From contig JADDQF010000064.1 in assembly GCA_016781505.1 (NCBI GenBank), forward strand, positions 3,292-67,291: DNA of 64,000 bases. Direction: 5' to 3'. Positions 19,867 through 27,706 of this stretch are shown in pieces. The position numbers and the translations under genes are program-made. The notes beneath the pieces are model-generated. The model searched no databases. It was not told the origin of the DNA and saw only the letters and a program-made list of their open reading frames with translations. The stretch comes from a bacterium (GTDB lineage: Bacteria > Chloroflexota > Chloroflexia > Chloroflexales > Kallotenuaceae). The stretch's first letter is position 1. Each line of letters starts with the position of its first letter.

Positions 19867-21285
19867 ATGGCGTTTCAGCCTTTGAAGCTGCTTTTTTATC
19901 TGATTGCCGCCGCGTTTGAAACGCTGCTGCTGCATCTTGGCGCGTCGCTGATCTCGATCGCGTTTGCCGGTGCGGCGACGCTCAGTTGGCCCGTGCTGCT
20001 GGTTATTGCTCTCCTGGCGGCGTGGACCACCGTCCGGTTCGCATCCATTGACGACTCCAACGCTGGTCGGTCCCGGCCGATATCCTTGATCCTTGCAGCG
20101 GTTGTCGTGGTGTACGGAGCTAAGCTACAAGCTGGCGGCGGCTGGAGCTTATTTGGGGGCTGGAGCGTGCTTGCTCCGTTCGGCGCTCTTGATTCCAACC
20201 AGTCGCTTGGTGCGCCAGCGCTGGTGATTGTCTGTCTTGCCGCGTGGTGGCGGGGAATGGTCTTGCTTGACCATGACCATAGCACGTTGTTGGTTGTACT
20301 CCAGCGTGGTCTGCTTGGCCTTGTGTTGCTGGTGCTGCTGCTTACGCCTGTAAGCGTAACCAACTTGGGAGCGCCGCCGTGGGGCCAGCTGCTGGCGCTT
20401 GAAGCAATGCTCGTGGTTGGCTCCGGTTTAGCCAGCTTAGCCCTCGCGCGCATCGCCAGCGAAGCGCAAGCACAGTCCACGCGCGGCGCCTGGCATTGGT
20501 TACGGTCCAGCCTGGGCACAACCTTGGCCTTGATGGTCGTTGGCACGTTGCTGCTCAGCCTGGTGTCGAACTCAGCGACCAGTGTGGTGCGCGTGGTGGC
20601 CGCGGCGATTGGCGCATTGGCTGCGCTGATTGCCGCGCCGCTTGTGTTCCTGATTGCCCAGCTGTGGCACCTCATCAGGCCGGAGAGCCGAACGATTGTC
20701 TTGCCGATGCCTTCCTCGTCCAGCGTGCCTGGGATAGAAGGGCAGTTCCCGAATGGCGACACGTCGCCCCAGCTCCTAGATTTCGTAGCCATCCTGGTGA
20801 CAGCAGCGCTGTATGTGCTGCCCCTGCTCGCGCTGATCGTGCTGATCATCCTGTTTCGCCGCCAGCAGCGCAAACCTATCGTCGAAGACGGCGAGCTGCA
20901 TGAGTCTTTGTGGAGTTGGCAAGGGGTGAAGGCCGATCTGCTCAGCCTGCTCAACGGTCTGCGGCCAAAACCACAAACAAGCCTCCGCGACGTGTTAGCT
21001 CGGCTGCGCGCGGATGATCCCGTACAACGTATTCGCCGTCGCTATGTGGAGCTCCTGCTGGTGGGCGAGGCGGCACAACGTGAGCGCTTGCCCCAACAAA
21101 CCCCGCTTGAGCACGAAACAGCCTTAGCCGCCGTATTGCCAGGCGCTAAAGGGGACCTGCACGCGCTCACGCTTGCCTACGACCGCGCGCGTTATGCCCC
21201 AGACTTGATCGATGCGGCTGATGCTGTCGCTGCTGACCGCGCATGGTCAACCATCCAAGCCCAAGCCAACAAGGAGAATCGTTGA
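19867..21285 (+). CDS. Polytopic membrane protein with C-terminal DUF4129 domain
   Basis: Trimmed to MAFQPLKLLFYLIAAAF. Multiple TM helices. The C-terminus RRRYVELLLVGEAA...TPLEHETALAA...LTLAYDRARYAP is DUF4129-like. No transglutaminase Cys-His-Asp core seen. Confidence 0.7.
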   Translation: MAFQPLKLLFYLIAAAFETLLLHLGASLISIAFAGAATLSWPVLLVIALLAAWTTVRFASIDDSNAGRSRPISLILAAVVVVYGAKLQAGGGWSLFGGWSVLAPFGALDSNQSLGAPALVIVCLAAWWRGMVLLDHDHSTLLVVLQRGLLGLVLLVLLLTPVSVTNLGAPPWGQLLALEAMLVVGSGLASLALARIASEAQAQSTRGAWHWLRSSLGTTLALMVVGTLLLSLVSNSATSVVRVVAAAIGALAALIAAPLVFLIAQLWHLIRPESRTIVLPMPSSSSVPGIEGQFPNGDTSPQLLDFVAILVTAALYVLPLLALIVLIILFRRQQRKPIVEDGELHESLWSWQGVKADLLSLLNGLRPKPQTSLRDVLARLRADDPVQRIRRRYVELLLVGEAAQRERLPQQTPLEHETALAAVLPGAKGDLHALTLAYDRARYAPDLIDAADAVAADRAWSTIQAQANKENR

Positions 21286-22475
21286 TGCCTCGTTCCATCC
21301 CATTCGTTCGTCTTACGCTGTTGCCGCTCCTGGTTACAACGCTTGCCGCCTGTGGCGGCACACCCACTGTGCCGGATCAACCGGTCGCTGCAATAGCCCC
21401 AACCGTTGTTCCGGCCACTGCGGTGCCTAGCCCAACTGCCAGCCCGACGGCTGCTCCCTCGCCAACAACGGCTCCCACAACCGTTCCAACGCCGACCACT
21501 GAGCCAACCGCCATACCAACGCCGACTGCCGAGCCGACCACAATATCAACGCCGACACCTCAACCAGACGTGAGTGTGGTTACTGGCGAGGGTAGTTTTG
21601 CGCGCGGGAATATCCGGCAGCGCCCCTGGATGGTCATGATCGATAATCATCCAGACGCATATCCCCAATCTGGTTTGAACAAAGCCGCGGTTGTGTTTGA
21701 AGGTCTCGCCGAATATGGCGTGACACGTTTTATTGGGGTATTTCAGGATGGCGTGACCGAGGACGTTGGCGAGATCGGGCCCGTCCGCTCAACCCGGCTC
21801 TATTTCGCACAGTGGGCGATGGGCTTTCATCCGGTCTACGCCTATGCCGGCGGCAGTCCTGATGGCGTGAAGCTCGCGGAAACAACCGACCAGTTCATCA
21901 AATTTGATGCGCTGCGGCAGCCCAAGTACACCTGGCGCGATCGCAAGCGGGTGGCACCTCACAACCTGTACACCAGTTCCAGTCTGCTGCGTGCGTTTGC
22001 TGAAGATAAGCAGGTTGCTGTGTTTAATGATGCAAGTGTTGGTTATCTGTTCGACAACTCGACGCCAGCCTCACCCCCCACGGTTAACGGCTTGGATTAT
22101 TTCTTCCTTGACCAGCGTTCGCGCGCCGGGTTCTCCTATGACCAGGCGACCAATGGCTACTATCGTTCCATGCGTGGACACCCCCATATCGATCGGGTAA
22201 CAGGCCAGCGCCTGTGGACGCGCAATGTGGTGGTGATGCAGGTCACGGAAGCCGCCCGGCCCGGTGACGAAAAACGCCGGATCGATCAGGCTGTGGTTGG
22301 CAGTGGTCCGGCACGCGTGTTCAATGGCGGTCGCAGCGTAGACGTTACCTGGCGCAAAACAGATGCGGCCTCACCTCTCCGCTTCTACGATGCCGACGAC
22401 AACGAAATCGTCTTCGCCGAGGGTCCGATCTGGATCGCTGCTATCCCGGCGCTTAGCCGCCTCACACAACGCTAA
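21285..22475 (+). CDS. DUF3048 domain-containing lipoprotein
   Basis: ATG overlaps the preceding stop (GTTGATG). AAGGAGAA SD. Lipobox LAACGG. Pro/Thr-rich linker. PWMVMIDNHPDAYPQSGLNKAAVVFEGLAEYGVTRFIGVF is the DUF3048 core. Confidence 0.8.
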   Translation: MPRSIPFVRLTLLPLLVTTLAACGGTPTVPDQPVAAIAPTVVPATAVPSPTASPTAAPSPTTAPTTVPTPTTEPTAIPTPTAEPTTISTPTPQPDVSVVTGEGSFARGNIRQRPWMVMIDNHPDAYPQSGLNKAAVVFEGLAEYGVTRFIGVFQDGVTEDVGEIGPVRSTRLYFAQWAMGFHPVYAYAGGSPDGVKLAETTDQFIKFDALRQPKYTWRDRKRVAPHNLYTSSSLLRAFAEDKQVAVFNDASVGYLFDNSTPASPPTVNGLDYFFLDQRSRAGFSYDQATNGYYRSMRGHPHIDRVTGQRLWTRNVVVMQVTEAARPGDEKRRIDQAVVGSGPARVFNGGRSVDVTWRKTDAASPLRFYDADDNEIVFAEGPIWIAAIPALSRLTQR

Positions 22476-22575
22476 CACTCCCCGGCTACCGCAAACCAGC
22501 GGGTGATGTTGATGCCGGTATCGCCCGCTATGTTACTCGGATAATCTTCGCTCCAACGTCTAGCAGCTTATACTC

Positions 22576-22625
22576 CTGCAAAACGGAACACCCCTGCCAC
22601 GAATGGATCGTGGCAGGGGTGTTCC
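22576..22625 (-). terminator. Intrinsic terminator of the minus-strand hydrolase operon
   Basis: 17-bp perfect stem GGAACACCCCTGCCACG / CGTGGCAGGGGTGTTCC. On the minus strand it is followed by GTTTTGCAG. It lies 20 nt after the M23 gene stop. Confidence 0.7.
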
Positions 22626-22644
22626 ATATCAAGGGGAAGCAGCG

Positions 22645-23325
22645 CTACGGCATCGCGCCGAAATCAAGCGGATTGACGTTTGTGCCGTCCTGCCAGATAT
22701 GATAATGCAGATGCGGGCCGCTCGAATTGCCTGTCGAGCCCATGTAGGCGATCAGGTCGCCGCGCTGCACAGTTTGCCCATCCTGTACCGCAAACTCCTT
22801 CAAGTGCCCATAGCCAACCTTGAAGTGCTCATTCTTGATCCACAAATGATTGCCCGCCGGCACTGAGTTCGGATCAAGCTCGATCACACCGCTCATCGTG
22901 GCATACAGTGGCGCGCCCATCGAGCCCCCTGGATCGGCATTGCCATCGCCATCGCCATCAACGGCAATGTCGATCCCGCCCCACACGGCAGCGGGCGTGT
23001 GACTGCCTACGCCATAGCCCTGGGTCATCACCGCGCGGGTCGTATCGGTCGGATTGCCCCACGGGGTGTCTTGAGCGTGCGGATCGGAGGCTAGGCCGGT
23101 GCTTTGAGGGCTATTTTGCTTGCTGAAAAGGCCACTGAGTGCAGCTTGCTGCGGCGCCTTGGTCCCGCCCACCGCATTTTGCGCCATGGAAGTGTCGCCA
23201 CTCCAACCACTGATGACCGGACCGGAAGCGCTGCTGCCGGCGAACATAAACCACAGCGTAACCACCGCAATGCCGATGACTAGCCACGGTGGCACCCGAT
23301 GCTCGCTCAAGCGGTTGAAGTCCAT
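22645..23325 (-). CDS. M23-family (LytM-type) metallopeptidase
   Basis: N-terminal TM helix. HxxxD-type region and GSTGNSSGPHLHYHIW (HxH motif). Confidence 0.9.
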   Translation of the reverse strand: MDFNRLSEHRVPPWLVIGIAVVTLWFMFAGSSASGPVISGWSGDTSMAQNAVGGTKAPQQAALSGLFSKQNSPQSTGLASDPHAQDTPWGNPTDTTRAVMTQGYGVGSHTPAAVWGGIDIAVDGDGDGNADPGGSMGAPLYATMSGVIELDPNSVPAGNHLWIKNEHFKVGYGHLKEFAVQDGQTVQRGDLIAYMGSTGNSSGPHLHYHIWQDGTNVNPLDFGAMP

Positions 23326-23331
23326 GGCCGC

Positions 23332-23982
23332 CTACTTTCCTTGCCAGCTTTGTACGAGGTTTTTAACGGCCTGTATATAAGCGGCTTCGTCGTTGTTGTC
23401 AGCCGCAGGAGCGTACTTGGGAATGATATCATCGACAGTGGTGCGCTGCCATTCGCCGATATATAGCTCGGCGATCAATTTGTACCAATCATCGATGCCT
23501 TGGCTCCAGCTGTCGTAGTCGCGGAAGCGACCATAGCAGCGCCAGCCGTCGGTGCAGATGATGTTGCCGATATTATGGGTATATGCTCCGTCGGCTTTAC
23601 GACCAGCCCAGGCTAGGTTCGAGCCGGCGCCGGACTCGTGAATAAAAAAGGCAAGGCAGATGGCCGGGTTGATGCCATACTTAACGCCTAGATCGTAGAT
23701 CTCTTGCCCGTGGCCTTGCGCCGGTGAGTTGTATTCTTGCAAAACTGCTTCGATCTGCGCCACGGTGATCGTGGGTGCGCCCAGCACGGATAGGTTGAAA
23801 GGATTAACCTTAACCGGTATCTTGGCAGCCAGTGCCGGCTGGCCGGCAAGTGGTGCAAGCGGCGTGAACGCCTGCGCCAGCCTTGGCGCGGTTGACAGAA
23901 CCTGGCGGGGTGCTGCGGGCATCAAAAGATAGATGATCAGTATCGCCGCCAGGCCGATACCGATCTGCTGCCCGCGTGTCAT
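23332..23982 (-). CDS. Membrane-anchored glucosaminidase-domain-like (FlgJ/LytD-type) cell-wall hydrolase
   Basis: YGINPAICLAFFIHESGAGSNLAWAG...HNIGNI...FRDYDSWSQGIDDWYKLI resembles the mannosyl-glycoprotein endo-beta-N-acetylglucosaminidase domain. The start overlaps the stop of the upstream gene. Confidence 0.6.
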   Translation of the reverse strand: MTRGQQIGIGLAAILIIYLLMPAAPRQVLSTAPRLAQAFTPLAPLAGQPALAAKIPVKVNPFNLSVLGAPTITVAQIEAVLQEYNSPAQGHGQEIYDLGVKYGINPAICLAFFIHESGAGSNLAWAGRKADGAYTHNIGNIICTDGWRCYGRFRDYDSWSQGIDDWYKLIAELYIGEWQRTTVDDIIPKYAPAADNNDEAAYIQAVKNLVQSWQGK

Positions 23983-24509
23983 TGTTGCGCTCCAACAAGC
24001 TGCTGGCGTTCGTCGTCGGTGATGAGGCGAAAGGTGTCACCTGTATTAACGTAGATAATCTCTTCGTTCTTCACCGCAATCACGAGGTCGCCTTTTTTGT
24101 CGTTGTTGACATCTTGCACCCGCAACAGCACGGGTGTCAGATGTTCATTCGCCCCAAACAGGTACGGCCCTTGCAGCGTCTGGGCTTTGCTGCTGTCGCC
24201 GCCTGGTAGTTCGATCACCACTACGCGCCGGTTCAGGTTCATGGCCACGAAATGGGATGGCTGGCCCGGCCGCTCGTTGTGCCCAACATATTCGCTTAGC
24301 TGCATCGTCCGTGGGCGGCCATACCGCAGATCGTCGAGCCACAGTTGGCCCCGCCCCAGTGCCAAATTAAGCAAGATCACCCCAAACAGAATCAGGCCGC
24401 CAATCCGGAGGTACTGACGATCAACCTGCACCTGTGGCCACTGGATGCGTGGAGCAGCCACTGTATTCCCCGCTGGCTGCGGGTGCAGATCACGGCCGGT
24501 CACCGCCAT
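23979..24509 (-). CDS. Hypothetical single-pass membrane protein, first gene of the hydrolase operon
   Basis: 176 aa. Strong SD GAGGAGAAAGG. TM helix LRIGGLILFGVILLNLAL followed by a roughly 120-aa extracytoplasmic domain. No family recognised. Confidence 0.6.
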   Translation of the reverse strand: MAVTGRDLHPQPAGNTVAAPRIQWPQVQVDRQYLRIGGLILFGVILLNLALGRGQLWLDDLRYGRPRTMQLSEYVGHNERPGQPSHFVAMNLNRRVVVIELPGGDSSKAQTLQGPYLFGANEHLTPVLLRVQDVNNDKKGDLVIAVKNEEIIYVNTGDTFRLITDDERQQLVGAQQ

Positions 24510-24617
24510 AGCCTTTCTCCTCTACCTGTTCGTAACTCTTAACTCGCGTTTCGGTGAGCACTGGCAGAATGGCTAAGCCAAGAGCGAGCTACCAGTATGC
24601 TCAGTTGAAGTAGAACT

Positions 24618-24647
24618 ATTATATCCGAACATCCGTTCTACTGTCAA
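24618..24647 (-). promoter_or_regulatory. Consensus sigma-70 promoter TTGACA-N18-TATAAT reading toward the 24509 operon
   Basis: The reverse complement of 24601-24660 reads ...CTGGCGC TTGACA GTAGAACGGATGTTCGGA TATAAT AGTTCTAC... Both hexamers are perfect. It lies about 110 nt upstream of the ATG. Confidence 0.7.
24626..24639. promoter_or_regulatory. Candidate LexA (Cheo-type) SOS box, core GAAC-N4-GTTC, inside the promoter spacer
   Basis: CGAACATCCGTTCT on the plus strand (AGAACGGATGTTCG on the minus strand). The core palindrome is perfect. It is flanked by an outer inverted repeat GTAGAAC...GTTCTAC. Confidence 0.55.
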
Positions 24648-24900
24648 GCGCCAGGTAGAAGAGCTAACGGTGCGGTTCGGGCTGCCGGACTTCAAACCAT
24701 GAGTATTTTAACGAGTCTTGGATCACAAAGCAAGAACGCCGATAGTCCCCAGCCGCTGTGGGCCAGGCTGCCGGTTTACCTTGGAGCCCAGCTGGATGCA
24801 AGGCGCTGCCTGCACCCCCTCATGCCAAGCACCGCCGCCCACGCGTCGATGTAGTGATCAGCTGCGGCCCGCGTTCGACCGACCCTAGGCACAACATAGC

Positions 24901-24944
24901 ATTAAAAGCAGCGGACCTGATCCAGCTTAAGCTGGACCAGGTCC
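24901..24944 (-). terminator. Intrinsic terminator after the SLT-amidase-PA14 gene
   Basis: On the minus strand GGACCTGGTCCAGC-TTAA-GCTGGATCAGGTCC (one mismatch in the stem) is followed by GCTGCTTTTAAT. Confidence 0.6.
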
Positions 24945-25005
24945 AATGGCGTTTGCCTCGTAGCTGCTACATTGTATGTTGAAGCCGTACCGTTGGAGCG
25001 TGAAT

Positions 25006-27399
25006 CTACCGGCGGATGGCTGGCATAAACACCCGCTCAAGCTGGAAGTTCGGGTCGACTTGGTATTGCACACGCGCGACGCTGCTGGTGTTGCCGTTGC
25101 CGTCGCCGTTGTCCCGCGCTTGGTATTCGACCGTATGCCAGCCGGACCCTAGCGACAGGGCGATCGGTCGCGCCGACGAAGGCTGCTGACTTCCGTTCAC
25201 CCAGATGTCCAACGCGCGCAGCCCCATACCCCCGAGGTCATCCGCAGCCACAATGATCTGTTGTCCCGGCCTGAAGCGGGTTCCGATGTGCTCGGCGACT
25301 GGGGGCGTGGGGATTTGCCCAAAGCTGCCGTCGCGCGGCCCGCGCCACGCATAACCTGCGTACGCGTCGCCGCCGTTCTCAAAGAACTTCACCGCGATCG
25401 TATGCAGTCCAGCCGTGAGATAGCGCGAGCCCTCGGCCGAGGTTGCGGGATGTAGCCCAACATTCTTGACAACTTCGGTCCCATCAACCCAGAGCCAGGC
25501 GCCGTCGTCATTGGTCAAGCGGAATGTGTACGTCCCATCGGCGGGTACATAAAACGGCCGCACCTGTCGAATAACGAACCGGTCACGCTGGCCAAGCGGT
25601 CCATCCGTACCCCAGTTTTGGTCGTTGCCGAGCCAGTTGAAGCTGCCGACGTACGCACCCTCGAGTGCGGAGAGCGGGTAGATCGTTCGCCCGAGCAGAC
25701 TATCGGGAACGGCTGTTAGCTGGTAGACACTGGCCTGCGGCTGCAAGTTGCCGTCAAACGTCGAAACCTGAGGCGCGCGCCGCTCGGGCACAACCGTGAT
25801 CGTTCCAACTCTGACATCGGTCCCGTTGCCGTCGCTTCCGTACTCTTTGATGTTCTCGTTGTTCAAGCTGGCTTTCAGCTGGTACGTCCCCGGGGTACGG
25901 AACCGGACATACCCCACGATTTTACGCGTCTCGTTGGGCTGAAGGGCTGCGCCCAACCCCCAACGCCAGCCGGAGTTGGCTAGACTGCCATCGGCGCAGC
26001 TTTGCGGCACACCGGGTGTGCCTTCCACGAACCCGAGCGTTACGCGCAGTCGGTTATCTATTTTCGGGTAGGCGGGATACGATGCTGAGCCATTGCCCAA
26101 AAAGCACTCCGCCTCGTCGTACACCCAACCAGTGCTTGGATTGCCCGGAATGCCGCCATCCGGCGCCTGAGTCTGATACGTTGCCGAGTCGGGGTTGCTG
26201 ATCGTGAACTCAACCGGGAGCGTTTCGCCGACCTCGACGGTGGTTTTCATCGCCACGGCAGCCGATAGCCGCGGTGTAGCCGTCGAGCTTCCTTGCCGCA
26301 CCAGCTGCATATAGTAGTTCCAATCCCAGTATGGCCCGGGATCGCTCTTGGTGCTCTTGAATTCCGAGTGCCCGACGATATGCGTGCGATCCATCGGAAT
26401 ATTGTACTTGAGCGCTATGTTGCGGGTAAGCGCTGCCGAGGCTCGATACATCGCGTCGGTGAACCACTTCGCTTCGGCCGCTTTCGCCTCGTGCTCGATG
26501 CCGATCGACCGTGGGTTCCAGCCCACGACGCCGGCGTGCCAGGCAATATCTGCCTCGCGCACCATTTGGGTGATATGCCCGTCGCTGGAGCGAATCACAT
26601 AGTGCGCGCTTACCTGTGAGCCGTTATATTGAAACCAGTTAATCGCGCTGGTATAAGAGCCTTCGGTGGTGTGGATCACGATCCGGTCGATTACATTGCC
26701 GTCATACGGGCGGTTCGCATTTTGGTAGTTACAGGTGCAGGCAGGTGTCCATACGGCCGGACCGTAATCAGCCGACTTAATGGTGATGGCATCAGCCCCC
26801 TCATATGGGCCGCGCTGCGGGTTCACCTGCTGGGCGGCGACGCTTAAGCTTTCCCCATCGTTGGAGGTGCCCGTAATGCCGGAAGCAAGGAAGTTAAAAA
26901 CTTCGTCGGCGTAGCGCTTCGCGACGGCTTTGTCGGCGGCATTGCTGTAGCGGGCAACCACTACGTACCACGCCCCCAGATCAGCCCGCGCTTCGTCGCT
27001 CAGCTCCGCTGCCTTGGCATACGAATCAAGCACGGCTGCACCGCCACGAATGTTCTGCACCATATCTTGTTTCAACTGATCGGCAGGAGCTCTCACCAGC
27101 TTAACGGCGAGCGGCAAAGTTTGCACTACGTCGTTGTCGACCAGATGCATCAAGCCATAGCCGTTGTCGATGCTGGGCTCGCCGGCATGGTCGTTCAGGC
27201 GCGTCTCGGCATACGCGATCGCCACAAGCAGGTCACGTGGCACATTCCATTCGCGGGCGGCATTCTCGAAGGCATCGGCGAGTGGTGTAGCCGAGCGTGG
27301 TTCGGCATGGGCGAGCGGGCGCGTGCCGGCAGCCAGCACCACAAGCACGGCACACAAGCAGAGCCATGTCGTAGCCTGTCTGGCATAAGCGCGGTGCAT
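25006..27399 (-). CDS. Secreted multidomain peptidoglycan hydrolase: SLT-like lytic transglycosylase, Amidase_2 (PGRP-type), beta-sandwich region, PA14
   Basis: Trimmed to MHRAYARQATTWLCLCAVLVVLAAG (SD GGAAGGAG). SLT motif LVAIAYAETRL...GYGLMHL. Amidase_2 motifs IVIHTTEGSY...SAHYVIRSSDG...IAWHAG...IGIEHE. PA14-like GTYTFRLTNDDGAWLWVDGTEVV...GLHTIAVKFFENGGDAYAGYAWR. Confidence 0.85.
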   Translation of the reverse strand: MHRAYARQATTWLCLCAVLVVLAAGTRPLAHAEPRSATPLADAFENAAREWNVPRDLLVAIAYAETRLNDHAGEPSIDNGYGLMHLVDNDVVQTLPLAVKLVRAPADQLKQDMVQNIRGGAAVLDSYAKAAELSDEARADLGAWYVVVARYSNAADKAVAKRYADEVFNFLASGITGTSNDGESLSVAAQQVNPQRGPYEGADAITIKSADYGPAVWTPACTCNYQNANRPYDGNVIDRIVIHTTEGSYTSAINWFQYNGSQVSAHYVIRSSDGHITQMVREADIAWHAGVVGWNPRSIGIEHEAKAAEAKWFTDAMYRASAALTRNIALKYNIPMDRTHIVGHSEFKSTKSDPGPYWDWNYYMQLVRQGSSTATPRLSAAVAMKTTVEVGETLPVEFTISNPDSATYQTQAPDGGIPGNPSTGWVYDEAECFLGNGSASYPAYPKIDNRLRVTLGFVEGTPGVPQSCADGSLANSGWRWGLGAALQPNETRKIVGYVRFRTPGTYQLKASLNNENIKEYGSDGNGTDVRVGTITVVPERRAPQVSTFDGNLQPQASVYQLTAVPDSLLGRTIYPLSALEGAYVGSFNWLGNDQNWGTDGPLGQRDRFVIRQVRPFYVPADGTYTFRLTNDDGAWLWVDGTEVVKNVGLHPATSAEGSRYLTAGLHTIAVKFFENGGDAYAGYAWRGPRDGSFGQIPTPPVAEHIGTRFRPGQQIIVAADDLGGMGLRALDIWVNGSQQPSSARPIALSLGSGWHTVEYQARDNGDGNGNTSSVARVQYQVDPNFQLERVFMPAIRR

Positions 27400-27706
27400 A
27401 AGGGAACTCCTTCCGTTGACCATAGTGAGCATGTTTGATGTTCGGGCGCAACAGTTGCCGGTGTTGGTCTGCATGTACCCGACGCCGCTGCTGTTGTTCC
27501 TGGTCCTGCGTTCAAAGCCGTGCGTCTGGCGGCGCCATACCTACATGCTTCCGCGCGGCTAGCTCCCTTGGCTGCACGCGTTCCCAAACAAGGGGGGTGA
27601 GGACGTGTGAGCAGATCGCCAGCGGGTGTGGCTGCGAGCGGCAACCGGCAAGGAAGATACCATTCCCAGCTGTGCAAGAAAATTGTTCTGGGTTACTGAA
27701 TGATGA

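Noticed and set aside
27400-27706. 307-bp leader of the SLT-amidase-PA14 gene, examined for a ydaO-type (c-di-AMP) riboswitch, which often precedes wall hydrolases.
   Set aside because: Only a loose resemblance (AGCTAGCC...GGAAGC) to one conserved segment was found. The other conserved blocks were not found on the correct strand. A covariance-model scan would be needed, and I cannot support the call.
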